Shown piece after piece: positions 38,637-51,130 of a stretch of DNA of 64,000 nucleotides (the stretch's first letter is position 1; every line of letters begins with the position of its first letter). The translations under genes were made by a program, and so were the position numbers. The stretch covers positions 9,052,001 through 9,116,000 of the forward strand of contig NC_134028.1 in assembly GCF_964204645.1 (NCBI RefSeq). The letters are read 5' to 3'. Source of the stretch: Tubulanus polymorphus. Taxonomy: Eukaryota; Animalia; Nemertea. The notes below the pieces were generated by a model. The model did not search any database and was not told the DNA's origin. It saw only the letters and a program-made list of their open reading frames with translations.

Positions 38637-40696
38637 GTTCAATCTTCCACAGATTCTGATCAAAGAATTTCGATTTTTAGTATATATAGTATTTATATAT
38701 ATATACGTTAAGAATTTCCACACGCAGTTAAACCCGGTTGTTGCTATTTTGTCGACTATTCAGTTGTCACGAATACTTTATTTCACAGCGCGGCTCCACC
38801 CAACACAACAGTCCTATATATTTGGATATAGAATACCCGGAATTACGAGACCGCTGGTATATGCCTACGCGTAAAACAAGACAAATACAGGTCTATATAC
38901 GGTCTATCGTGAAAACACGTTGACGTTGGCCGACCTGTAGAAGTGGTTAGTAATATACATAATACAAAGACTGTAAAAACCTGTATACATTATAAACATT
39001 TCGTGACATACATTAAATGGCACTGCGGTATTTCGTATACAGGAATTCAAAGTTGATCCGCCCAACAACGCAATTTTCGATTCATTCAGATACTTGATAA
39101 CCCATTCTTAAAAAATCTCATATGTTTCGATTAACATGTTTTTTTATGATAGTTATTGGGATGGAATGGACAGGAGGAAAGCAGTATGTCCCTTACAACA
39201 ATCCTGGAGCCATTGTACCAGAGTGTCAGGGGTCAACTCCGGAGAGTATACTTTACATCAAACTTCTCGGGTCCTGGATATTCTCTCATCAATCTATATG
39301 GACCTCGTCTAGAAATATCGGGATAGTGGATATCGGGACTCTCGGCCATTATATCCCGTCTTCCTTTGGCAAGTGATTCATACCACTTATTGGGCCTATG
39401 GTGAATATCAGATAGCGCTTCCGTCAGTCGTAGAGTGTCGTCGTTGTGATGCCGAGTTGTGATCTTTTTAAAGAATATTCACCGTATCATATTAATCATT
39501 CCATTGTATAAACCTTTCCCACGTAAATGAATGCTTTATATGCAATGGCCTTAATATTCATATAAACCTTCTTAATCTTCTAAAAGAAATAAGGAGTTTT
39601 TATATTCAGTTCCAAAAATGCATTAACCGTATTCTTTCTTAACGCATACATAATCCGCTTATCGAGAGCAGGCTTTTTAGCGACTTCTTTCTATTTACAT
39701 CGTGTATAAGCACAGGTTTAAGTTAGGGAAATACAACAGTTGTCATCATCTAAACATCTACTATTAGTGGTAAGACGTATCTCGCGAGGACGGAAGAAAA
39801 ACAACAACAATTCTGGTAGGTAAATCATATCAGAAATAACCATCTCGTTCTACTGTTGTGTTTTTAAACGCTAAAAGAGAATCCTCTTAATTCCTCAGCC
39901 GGAGGGAGTTGTACATCCATGGCTTTTTTTATGGCTTTCAAGATTTAAGTAACTCCGTAAAACGTTCGCTATTGCTGCTAAGTTTTTAAGATAAAAGTTA
40001 CCTCATTCGGCAGTTCATCGGAACTGGTTCTGATGAACCATTATTCTGTGGCTTTTTTGAAATAAAAAATGTTTTAAGTTTTAATATTGCTCTCGAGTCC
40101 CATTGTTACTTGGGCCTATGTGAGAAATGCATTTTACATAACCGTAGACTAAATATTCATGTGGTTTCAACGTTGCCAAAATCCATCTTACACGCATCAC
40201 AAATAGTTAAAAAAGAATGAAAACGATCCAAAAATGCAGAACAAAAAGTACGCTGATAACAAAATGGGAGTTATCAACTATCAAATGGCTAATTGTTCCA
40301 AGGTGGCTATGTGACTGAATCCTTATATTTTCCTTTCGGATACGAAATCCGTAAATTGCCTCCGTTTTTGTCTTTGTGCTGGCCATCCACTAGGAAAAAC
40401 TTTTGTAGTGTGTTTATGTGTTTACTAGTGTGGGAATAACTTAAAGCTTTGATAATATAATAGCTTTCATTTTATACCAAACACGAAGTATCAGTATATC
40501 ACGTACATTGCTGTTGGATGCATTGATTAAGAGAGAATAATTCATGGAACGGGCGCGGAAATATTAATTAACCGAGTTTAATAGGAGAATTTTCACATTA
40601 CCCCCATATTCTGAAATTTGTCTTGGCTTTTGTGGACCGTACTGTCTGTCATCCATCAAAGTATGTAACGTTTAATGAAATCATTCATTGCAGAAA

Positions 40697-41239
40697 ATGG
40701 ACAGATCGAGTAGTAGAGTAATAGAACTTCACACTACGAACGAAAATGATGATAATATCGACACGAAGAAACTGCTACGAGTTGGAGTAATAGAGATTGT
40801 CTTTGGTTTCTTGGTTTTGTTGATTGGAGTAGTAACGGCTATTCTACTGGTCAATATCATCTATCATTTATGGTTCGCTGTGTTGATCATGCTGTTTGCC
40901 GGTTTGACAGTCCATGCTCACCGCGTAAAGACTAAGAACTGGTTCACCGCTGCGATGGCCTTCGGAATTCTGAATTTCGTATTTTCGATATTCGTCATCG
41001 TTTGGGATTTCGTCTGCCTCGGCGTCGTCCACACGGCCTTTCAGAACGACACCGCCACGGCGACGAACAGGCCATTTGGTGTGGCCGCCAATGCAGTTCA
41101 GGATGACTCAATATTTGATGCACTATATTCATTAGAGATCATCTTTTGCGCGGTGATTTTCATCACAAGCTTCTTCCACATTATCAATGCAGCCGATTTG
41201 AGAAAAGAATTGGAAAAATCTGAGGGGACGGAAAATTAG
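40697..41239 (+). CDS. Intronless four-transmembrane protein, MS4A/CD20-like
   Basis: 180 aa with four hydrophobic helices; GVIEIVFGFLVLLIG and LWFAVLIMLFAG resemble the MS4A TM1/TM2 pattern; short cytosolic termini; acceptor ttgcag before the ATG. Family assignment is by pattern only. Confidence 0.7.
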   Translation: MDRSSSRVIELHTTNENDDNIDTKKLLRVGVIEIVFGFLVLLIGVVTAILLVNIIYHLWFAVLIMLFAGLTVHAHRVKTKNWFTAAMAFGILNFVFSIFVIVWDFVCLGVVHTAFQNDTATATNRPFGVAANAVQDDSIFDALYSLEIIFCAVIFITSFFHIINAADLRKELEKSEGTEN

Positions 41240-41482
41240 AAAAGAAAACGGAAAGTCCTTTAAACGACTTAAGAACATTTATAATAGCAGTTTATATTCA
41301 AAATCATTAAATTCTGAGTGCATGAACTCTATGGAAAAACCATATCAATTCTTAATACTAATCTGAATATAAGAATTTTAATTGAAAGAGTTACGACTAT
41401 AAGTAATTCAATTAATATACATTTCTTCTCAATCGTTTGTTTACATAATGCTTGTGTACGTATATGTATATTTTTCACAATT

Positions 41483-42364
41483 TTATTCTCTAGCCACCAG
41501 ATAACTTTCGATTTTAAGTTTATCAAAAGGAAACCCGTAAGTTTCATATGTGTGACGACGGATGACACTCTGTATTTGAGTGCGTTCTTCCTCGGCTAAT
41601 TCACTGACATCTCTTTGAGCGTAAAACGATAAAACGCAATCAGCGAGTCTCCGCATTTCTTTATCCTGTTCACAGATACAGGGTCGAGTTGGTCTCAAAG
41701 CGATGTGTAATGCAACTCCACATTCATCGGTAGAATCCAAAATGATTCGCATTTTTGCATCGATCAGAATCTTTCTCGTATCAAACGAATTCCACTGAAT
41801 GCTCGGGGCTTCCGCCTTCCACTCTCCTTTCCTTTGCAAAATACGATTGATTTCGCCGCACATCATCCCGACTGTATTTAGTACGTTAAGACATACAAAC
41901 GCGTGGCCACCATTTCGAGTAAGGCGACAGACGGCCTCGTGTATCACACGACCAGGATCGTCGAAATAATACAATACGTGGTTGAACACGATTAAATCGT
42001 AGAAGTTACTCGGTAGGAAGGAAGCCGCGGTCGTGTCCTCGACTGAGAATTTTCGATGATATACGTTGAAATCAAAACAATAGTTTGCAGCTAACAAACC
42101 AACACGTTCTTTCAATTCAGCAATCATCACACTGTTACATTCCACACAATCCACGCGCTCTAACTTTATTTCTTCGCCTACTGCGTTCATTGCATCTTCT
42201 AACGTATGACCTCGTGCCGGCCCGATCGATAGAACCCGCAGTCCATTTCCTTCCTGGTGGTAACAAGTCCGTAACGCGTCCGAAAGACGTTTCCGCATCA
42301 TTTCTCGTCCACTAAAATAAAACATGTATGCATCAAACGCGGAGGCATACGCTGCGTCGTCCAT
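41483..42364 (-). CDS. Class I SAM-dependent methyltransferase, histamine N-methyltransferase-like (copy 1), intronless
   Basis: 293 aa; motif I LRVLSIGPARG, acidic end of strand 2 (DCVECN), YDLIVFNHVLYYFDDP followed by LTRNGG; about 80% identical by eye to copies 2 and 3. Confidence 0.85.
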   Translation of the reverse strand: MDDAAYASAFDAYMFYFSGREMMRKRLSDALRTCYHQEGNGLRVLSIGPARGHTLEDAMNAVGEEIKLERVDCVECNSVMIAELKERVGLLAANYCFDFNVYHRKFSVEDTTAASFLPSNFYDLIVFNHVLYYFDDPGRVIHEAVCRLTRNGGHAFVCLNVLNTVGMMCGEINRILQRKGEWKAEAPSIQWNSFDTRKILIDAKMRIILDSTDECGVALHIALRPTRPCICEQDKEMRRLADCVLSFYAQRDVSELAEEERTQIQSVIRRHTYETYGFPFDKLKIESYLVARE

Positions 42365-42642
42365 CTTCGATAGCGAACCTCAAAACATATAGAACCCGTT
42401 CCACCCAGTGTCAAAGCATCATTTGCTATACATCGATATGGAACGCTTGCCGCGTTTCGAACGCATTTTCATCAACAATTTACTTTTATATAGTCTGTTT
42501 CACGATTCTCCTATATGTTCAACGCATTCAAGGACACAGACAATCTGAAATTAGATAACGAAGATATCGGTTAATGCAAAAACAAAATATGATGCTTTTA
42601 CAGATGCAAGCTGATTAGTTTGCCGGGTGACGCGGCACATAC

Positions 42643-42967
42643 CATCCTCGCTTGCCAGGGGTCCGGTATCGCTCCCGAACTCGCTTCCACCAGCCCCCTG
42701 GCCTCACGAGACGCGATTTCATTACTGGCGCTTTTGCGCATGACGTCATTATCGACACGCGACAATACTTCCGCGTTCACTACGTGTTCACTGATTGGTC
42801 CATTTACCGGGAAATTCCATAGATGCCTAATGTCATTTGTAACAAGCGCTGTGATTGGCCCGACCTGATTCTGGTCGGCTAGTAACGACTCCAACGACTC
42901 GTGAGGTCAAGGGGTTCGGGGAACAGCTTTAGCGTAGTGGGTTCGAATCCCTTGACGGGTGAAGATG
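42643..42967. mobile_element. Mutator-like MITE (copy 2) upstream of methyltransferase copy 1
   Basis: Highly similar to 28626-28953; 9-bp TSD GGCACATAC (42634-42642, 42968-42976); the paralogous site near 56615 is empty. Confidence 0.88.
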
Positions 42968-43785
42968 GGCACATACACATGAAGTTACGGTAGCTCCATG
43001 GGTGCCAGGGCCACGTTTTATGGTTACAGGTGGTGTTACTTCTCCTGGTATCCATCGACTTACATTACATAACCATATATAATCATCTGTAATTTTCTAA
43101 TGTAATCTAATTCGTAAATAAATGATGATAATAATTTCACCGGTAAAATGTTTGATGCTTGATTTTGTTAGTTTATCCATGCCATACAAAGATTATTTAG
43201 TTTCTATCGACGTTTTTGTGAAATTTCTCTGGAAAATTTCATTACTTGAATTCAATTTTGAAGATATTGTATATACATACCGGGTGTATCGAGAACCGGT
43301 GTACTATCTGATCTATGCAACATTTACTGTAGCAGCCTGCATAATGCATATATATGTTGACGGCTTAGATTTCCATCGAATTTTGATACATATATGCATA
43401 AATCAAAAGCACCAGATGTATATGTAAAGTATATAATAAGTAATGTATGATTTATTTGAGTGTCGAGTGGTGATTATCTTGGCCAGGTTCGTTTTGTTCG
43501 TTTTCTCTCATACGAAATCTGATGCGGAGAAAGTGAAAAAAGAAAACGGAGAGTCCTTTTCAACGACTTAAAAAAACATTTATAACAACAGTTTATATTT
43601 AGAAATCATTAAATTCTGAGTACATGAACTCTATGGAAAAACCATATCAATACTTAGTACTTATATGAATATGTAACTATAAGAATCTTATTTGAAAGAG
43701 TTATGACTATAAGTAATTCAATTAATATATATTTCTTCTGAATCGTTTGTTTACATAATGCTTGTGTATATATTTCATTACAATT

Positions 43786-44667
43786 TTATTCTCTAGCCAC
43801 TAAATAACTCTCGACTATTTGTTTATCAAAAGGAAACCCATATGTCTCAAATGTGTGACGACGGAGAACATTCTGTATTTGAGCGCGTTCTTCCTCGGCT
43901 AATTCACTGACATCTCTTTGAGCGTAAAACGATAGAACACTATCAGCGAGTCTCCGCATTTCTTTATCCTGTTCACTGATACAGGGTCGAGCTGGTAGCA
44001 AAGCGTTGAATAATGCAACTCCAAATTCATCGCTAGAATCCAAAACGATTCGCAGCATTTTTGCATCGATCAGAATCTTTCTCATATCAAACGGATTCCA
44101 CCGAATGGTCGGTGCTTCCGCCGTCCATTCTCCTCTCCTTGACAAAATACGATTAATTTCGCCGCACATCTTACCGACTGTATTTAGTACGTTAAGACAT
44201 ACAAACGCGTGGCCTCCATTTCGAGTAAGTCGATAGACGGCTTCGTGTATCACACGACCAGGATCGTCGAAATAATACAGTACGTGGTTGAACACAATTA
44301 AATCGTAAAAGTTACCCGGTAGGAAGGAAACCGCGGTCGAGTCCTCGACTAAGAATTTTCGATGATATACGTTGAAATCAAAACGATACTTCGCAGCTAG
44401 TAAACCAATACGTTCTTTCAATTCGGCAATCATAACACTGTTGCGTTCCACGCAGTCCACGCGCTCTAACTTTATTTCTTTGCCTACTGCGTATATTGCA
44501 TCTTCCAACGCATGACCTCGTGCCGGCCCGATCGATAGAACCCGCAGTCCATTTCCGTTCCGGTAACAAGACCGTAACGCGTCCGAAAGACGTTTCTGCA
44601 TCTCTGCTTGTCCACCACGATAAAACATGAAAGCGTCCAACGCGGAGGCATACGCCGCATCGTCCAT
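43786..44667 (-). CDS. HNMT-like SAM methyltransferase (copy 2), intronless
   Basis: Intact 293-aa ORF from ATG 44667 with the same motifs as copy 1. Its 3' flank (43540-43785) duplicates 41240-41482. Confidence 0.85.
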   Translation of the reverse strand: MDDAAYASALDAFMFYRGGQAEMQKRLSDALRSCYRNGNGLRVLSIGPARGHALEDAIYAVGKEIKLERVDCVERNSVMIAELKERIGLLAAKYRFDFNVYHRKFLVEDSTAVSFLPGNFYDLIVFNHVLYYFDDPGRVIHEAVYRLTRNGGHAFVCLNVLNTVGKMCGEINRILSRRGEWTAEAPTIRWNPFDMRKILIDAKMLRIVLDSSDEFGVALFNALLPARPCISEQDKEMRRLADSVLSFYAQRDVSELAEEERAQIQNVLRRHTFETYGFPFDKQIVESYLVARE

Positions 44668-45889
44668 GTTCAATATCGAACCTCAACAAATAGAATCCGT
44701 CCCAACCAGTATCAAAGAATGACGTTTACTTATCGATTTGGAACGCTTGCCAATGTTTGTACTAATTTTCATCAACTGTCAGAACTGGCTGGATTTTTAC
44801 CAAGTTTTTTTACTAAAAAAGTGTTGCCGAATGCAAGTACATTGTTAATATTTGTGAAAGCATAGGCAAACAATAAGTTACGTAGGTTTAGATAATAAAT
44901 GAGTTTTATTTTTGTAGAGAATAAAATGTTTTGTGAGATCACGCGGAGTCACGTGTTACTTATCAGTTGTCAGTTACTGCTTGCCTCCACCCCTCCTGAC
45001 AACGTGGCTAAGCATTCCCTCGGAGAAACACGAGTAGGATACTTCGTTATTTTCACTGACTTCAATTCTGTTTTCCGTTTCTCACGGAGCGGGGATATCA
45101 TAAAACCATTTCAACAACGATTCAATAATGAAAGATTTTTTCTTTATCGACCTTTTCACTGGTAGGATCGCTCTCGGAGCTATAACTAAAACAAAATCAA
45201 ATTACTTCACTCTGAGCATTTAACTCGGCATAAAATCCGAAACATGAAAATAAAATAAAATCGAGAATAAAATCGAAAACTCCGAAACATGAAAATAAAA
45301 TAAAATCGAGAATAAAATCGAAAACTATTTTCCTTTGAGTAACTAACCATATCCGAAAAAATGAAAAAGTTATTCAAAACTATTCTATTCTGAATTACCA
45401 CGTACCTCGGATAAAGATCGAAAACATGAACAAATTTTCAATTTCGTCTTTTGTGGCATTATCTCTCAACCATATGCTGATTTAGCAAATGATTGAATTG
45501 ATTAATAAAAAATTCTGACCGCACGTGGAAAAACAATGCTCCGTATGCGGGTAACTCATCCGAATCTTTGCTGGCGGAGAAGATCTCCAAAATCTCGTCC
45601 GAAAACTAGCCCGCCATATGACACAGAGATAGGACAGTGTGTTTCTTTCGTTGCTTCTCCTGAAATGCATTTTTGATTTCTTCCCACTTTTTCCTGGATC
45701 GAAATCCTTGCGATCAAAAGCTGCGCTGAAATAAGCTAGCCACAGATTTTACAAAAAAATTTAAACAAATTTCATTTTTTGGATGACGTGATATTTTTGC
45801 CGTACATATTATGCTATATTGCTCCAAATTATACATACTTTTTCGAATACAAAACGAAAGTAAATACATGGACATAAGATGATTGTTAT

Positions 45890-47164
45890 CACAGGGTTAA
45901 ATTCTCGTTTTTCAAAGCATTTTATCCCAGTGATAACTATCACCGGGATAAGAGCATTTATCCCGGTGATAACAAAAAGAAAATGGCTGACATTTCGATC
46001 TAATTTCTCACTTCAAGAACGAACTTATAGGATTTCTTGATGTAATAGATCCCAATGCAAACACAAATGATTGAAACGTATATTCGCGGTTCACATCACA
46101 GGATATAGATGCAGATAGGTGTGTTGCTACGGTGGTAACTTAATATTTCAATTCATTTTAACACAGGCCGAAATGCTTGTCACGGAAATCCTCCATTACG
46201 TATTTCATATCTTAGCAATTGTGCTATGTGTATATTTTGTCTTAAGATTGGTTTTGGGTCCGTAATAGCGTATAACGTTCATTCACTAGGCTCGTTGATT
46301 AACTGAGTTGAAAATCCCCTTTATAATGACAAACGCGCGCAGGTCAGCATCAGCACAGAGGTTCGAATCCCGCAAAATTATTGGACACACCGACTGAATC
46401 GCCGAAGGTGATGATCTTCAAGTGCCGACCCAGGCTCGTGCCATGCTTAACTACCTGAACATGTGCCCTTCAAAGTCAGTATAAAAAATTTGGGTCAATT
46501 TGCATGTTTGTATTTTTGCAAAATGAATAGCAATTTATTCTCAAATTATCTATTCAGGTACTTAATATTTAAGATCTGTCGTTTATTCAATAGGGAATGT
46601 GCCCCTTTTCACGGCAAAAAGTGCCTTTTTTCTTGAAATAGAACAGCCCCTCAAAACAGCTTGACCCTGACACACTAGGCGATTTTACTAATGATTCCGT
46701 TTAATTGCCTAGAATAGTGTCCCCCGACACGCGTGCACCAGTCAATTCCAAGGGATTTAAAAAATCATATGGTCCAAGGGGTTTTCGCTAGTATATATTA
46801 AGTGCCCTTTCTTCAATAATGTAACTAAATTAGATATATCATTGCCATGATCAGACACCATGCAACCATAACAATGAAAAAAATATTTTGTTACTATGGC
46901 CTTTGTCTCGGTACAGAACGACATGTACAAGTCACAATAGATACATTTTCTGATAATATTTTGATGATTTATCCTGGTTATAGTGTTGCTATCACCACGT
47001 TGAAGGTGTGTTAACTTTATCACTAGGATAGCTGATTTTATCCCGGTGATAAAGTTAACACAGGTTTGAAAAATGCACACTCCCAGTGATGAAAATATTT
47101 AACACCGGGATAGCAATTTATCACCGGGATAGGGCTTATCACCGCTTTGAAAAACGCAGCCCTG
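45890..47164. mobile_element. Probable non-autonomous DNA transposon (hAT-like ends)
   Basis: Ends cagggt..cgtttttcaaagc / gctttgaaaaacg..ccctg with sub-terminal repeated ttatcaccgggata motifs at both ends; no clear TSD. Confidence 0.45.
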
Positions 47165-49225
47165 CACAATATCTTAACATATATACACTGCAAGTTTTCT
47201 TAACACGTTTCTATCGTTTGCATTAAAATGATTTACTGAAAAATTGGGGTATAAACACATTTCGCAAATTCGAGTGATTGCATTCCAAAACATAATGGAA
47301 TTCGTCTCCAATTTTGTTTAGGTTACATTCTGTACATGCGATCGTCCCTTGGTATGTTTTGGTATCTACCAGTTTCAATAGGTAGTAGGTGATAAGAGCA
47401 TCTAAATCGGATAAGAGCCGAACGTAAATCCGATGGTAGGTTAAATAAACATTGCCCTGTTCCCCATTCTAATGTGCTAAAATAAGTGTCTAATTCAGCA
47501 ATTAAGTAATATTCAGCAATTACAGGTATTACACTGTATAGTGGTTGATTCGTGCCATACTAAAGGATTATTCTGTACGGCTAGAGTAACAATAAACCAA
47601 ATTCCACATTGGCCCGTTTTTTTTCGTTTTCTCGAGCGACAATTCAAAACTTAAGGTTTTTTTCCGGTAAGGCGAGGACTGCACAGGACGGTTGACAGAT
47701 GACACCATACACATATTCATATCTTTAAACCGCCCACAACACATTTATCGAACTCCCGCAAATCATATCAACGGAAGATAGCAAGGAATAGCTGATAGAT
47801 GCGACATTTTCCATGGCCGTCAATTTCGAGTTTGGAACTTGCTTTTGAAAGGATCATATCAAAAATAATACAACGACATAAACAATCTTCTTTACTCTTC
47901 CTTCTCTAGTTTTTTAATTTTCAGTTCCAGGAGTCGCAGTTCCATTTCAACTTTGTTCTAAAGCCAATATAACAACTTTAGACCAGTCTTAAAACTTAAG
48001 ACAACTTTTGGACTGTGCAACCGGCCCCTAGGACGACGCAATATTTGACGCAATATTCACTACCAGATTTCATTGCGCAAACTTTCAGGAAACCTCTTCG
48101 AAATGACTAATTAATCCCGTTAGATCATTGAAATTGTATTCTATGTGGGTCTTATCACAGGGATTGTATTTTAAACTACCAAAACCGTCGCGAATATATT
48201 CCTCAGAAGGTTTGCACCATAACATTGAATTTGAATTTGCATTTGTATCTTACCGATTAGCTTTCCGTTTTTCTGCAAATTTTGCTCTCCCAAACTCAGA
48301 ATACGTTCATTTGATGAATAAATTCTGGTTATGAGCAAAATGTAAGATGTTGTGCTTCGATTGATGTATCGTTTGTTGGATTTAGACGCTGAAATCACCA
48401 CGAGCTCTTCACATGAAGTTGAAAGGTAGAGGATTTTTGCTGCCATAGCAATTGCAGTACAGGATAATTTGGGGGTCTCCGGCACATTTAATCGCGATTT
48501 TGAGTGGTGGAAAGTTATCAAATAGCCTCCAAGTAGACATATCTAGAAAATATAGGATGTTTTGAACAGTTTAAAATAGATTTCATCGAAATCCTTTGGA
48601 TATTCGAGGAGTTACAGCAGTTTTAAATCGAAGTGTCTGTATAGGAGTTTCCGCCCTTTTTCTTTTTATATATATAGTACCACTGACCAGGGATACTGGA
48701 TGATCTAAGCTACAGTTCACCCCCAAACTTTTGATACGAGCCCCTGTGATTTTACCCTTCAATCCTTTATGACATTTCTCCTTCGATGTATTCAATTCAT
48801 GAATTGCAATCAGGTCTGTATTGTTAACTATAAAAGTAAAAAGAAGCCCTAAAGATCTATTGAATTGACGCTCATAATCTGCCATTGTCAGAACTGGTTC
48901 TTACCGAATTCGTTTTGCTAGAAAACTGTTGACAGATGTATGTGCACTGTTAATATTTGTGAAAGCATAGGCAAACAAAAAATATAGATCAAGATAAGAT
49001 AAAACCATTTCAACAACTATTCAATTATGAAAGATTATTTTTTGATCGATTTTTCTTTCGATCTTCACATAAAACGGTTAATCGGAATTACTTCACGCTG
49101 AGTTGTTAACTCGGGGGTAAAATCTGATCGAAACATGAAAGAATAAATCAAAATTATTTTCGTTTGAGTTACTAACCTCATCCGAAAAGATTATTCTCTG
49201 AGTGACTAACTCAGATTAAGATCGA

Positions 49226-49303
49226 CGCATCTCTGCTTGTCCACTACGATAAAACATGAAAGCGTCCAACGTGAAGGCATACGCTGCGTCGTCCATGTTC
49301 AAT
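49226..49303 (-). pseudogene. 5' fragment of a methyltransferase paralog (copy-2-like), truncated after ~23 codons
   Basis: Translates MDDAAYAFTLDAFMFYRSGQAEM. The upstream flank (49482-50070) matches the upstream regions of copies 1 and 3. Confidence 0.85.
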
Positions 49304-49481
49304 CACAGGGGCTCGTATCAGAGGACAGAGTTGTAGGTAGTGTAAAAAAAAATAATCTGTTTATCCAGTGTCATGTAAAAACGATAATCTGGTAATCCAG
49401 CGTCTATAATTACAAACCATAGACACTGGATTAACAGATTATCCTTTTTACACTACCTACAACTCTGATACGAGCCCTGAG
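49304..49481. mobile_element. Palindromic MITE with 8-bp TSD (hAT- or P-like) inserted at the methyltransferase start
   Basis: TIR CACAGGGGCTCGTATCAGAG / CTCTGATACGAGCCCTGAG; TSD TGTTCAAT (49296-49303, 49482-49489). A solo end of the same family is at ~48732-48749. Confidence 0.85.
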
Positions 49482-51130
49482 TGTTCAATAGCGAACCACT
49501 ACAAAATATATGGAGTCCGTTCCACCGAGTGTCGCACCATTATTTGCTATATATACTTGTCGATTTGGAACGATGCGCTAATTTTCATCAATTGTTTACT
49601 TTTCAATGGTCTTTTTCGCAATTCTCAAATATATTCAACGCATTCAAAGACACACAAGCTTAAATTAGATAACCAAGATTTTGGTTAATGCAAAAACAGA
49701 ATATGATGCTTTGATAGGTGAAATATGATTAGTTTGCCGGTTGACATATGAAGGTACGGTATCTAGTACATTAGATATTTGATGTTTGATTTTGATAGTT
49801 TATCTATGCAATACAAAGATTATTCAGTTTCCATCGACATTTTTTTGAAATTTCTTAAAAATTTCATAACTTGAATTCAATTTTGAGCATGTATATACAT
49901 ACCGGGGTGTATCAAGTACTTATCTATTATCTGATCGATACAACATTTGCTGTGACAGCTTGAATATTTCATATTTTATATTTTTACGGTTAAAGGCTTA
50001 ATTTTCCCTCAAATTGTCATACATATATGTATGAATTAGAATAACCAGATATATATATGTAACGTATAGTACACATGAAATATAAAGCTCTTTCTTTCGA
50101 GCAGATTCTATGTGTGTGCTGTACTGCCTGTTTAAAACCTAAATTTACTTACTGTCCCACAATACCGGCGGAAACCTGCAACTAGCTATCGGTAATTGGC
50201 ATGTCCCTTCAGGTATCCCGGACAACCGGTATGTCCCTTCAGGTATTCCGTACTACGCTGTCAATCAATATTTTTCGGTATCCGCGAACAGATTTATCAC
50301 GCGCGAACACGACCTCCAACTAGATGTTGAATCATCCTGGCTAGACACGGCAGTTAAAATCAAACGAAATTTACCAACCAAATGAATAACAGGGACAATC
50401 CCTATTTGAAGATCCAAACGATTTTAGGGGATTTATCATTTTTTGATTGCATTTCAAACCGTTTCAGTTGGTTTAAAGGGCGTAATCTGCTAAGAACGTA
50501 AGTAGCATTAATCTTGGAGCCTGCTTACTAAGTTGCTTGTTCTTCGAGCGAAATCAGATTTCTATTGGTCCCAAGCCGAATGATTGCGTTTAGGCATAAA
50601 CACACGAAAAGGCCTATTGATGAAGCCATACCTAATTGTAAATGTATAATACAAATCTTTTTCATATGAGTTGAAAGGAACGAACCCGCATTACATCTTA
50701 ACATTTCAATAAAGATCGAGTTTTGAATTGGAATCGTTTCTAGGTTCGACACTATGCTAGAAACAGAGTAAAGTTAACTGTAAAACCCACCTTTTAGAAA
50801 CCCTCTTTTTAAACCAAAAATGTAGAAAACCGGTTATCGCTGCTTTCCTGCTATGTTTTATTTCATTCACTATTGCAACCCAGAGTCAGTTCCATCTCGG
50901 TTAAGTTTGACTCTACGGATTAAATAAGTTTATTCAATGATATTTGACCTTTGAGTCTGCATTCATACGTATTCGCTTATCTATTAAGGTCGAGATACAC
51001 CGCCTGAATATATTTGGACATACCGGTAGTGCGAAAGTAAAGTATTAAAATTTAAGAAATGTATGGAATTGTAAAATTCTTCAGGTTCGGCATGTTTTTT
51101 CTCAAAATCGTAAAATCTTGTTACCTGCAA

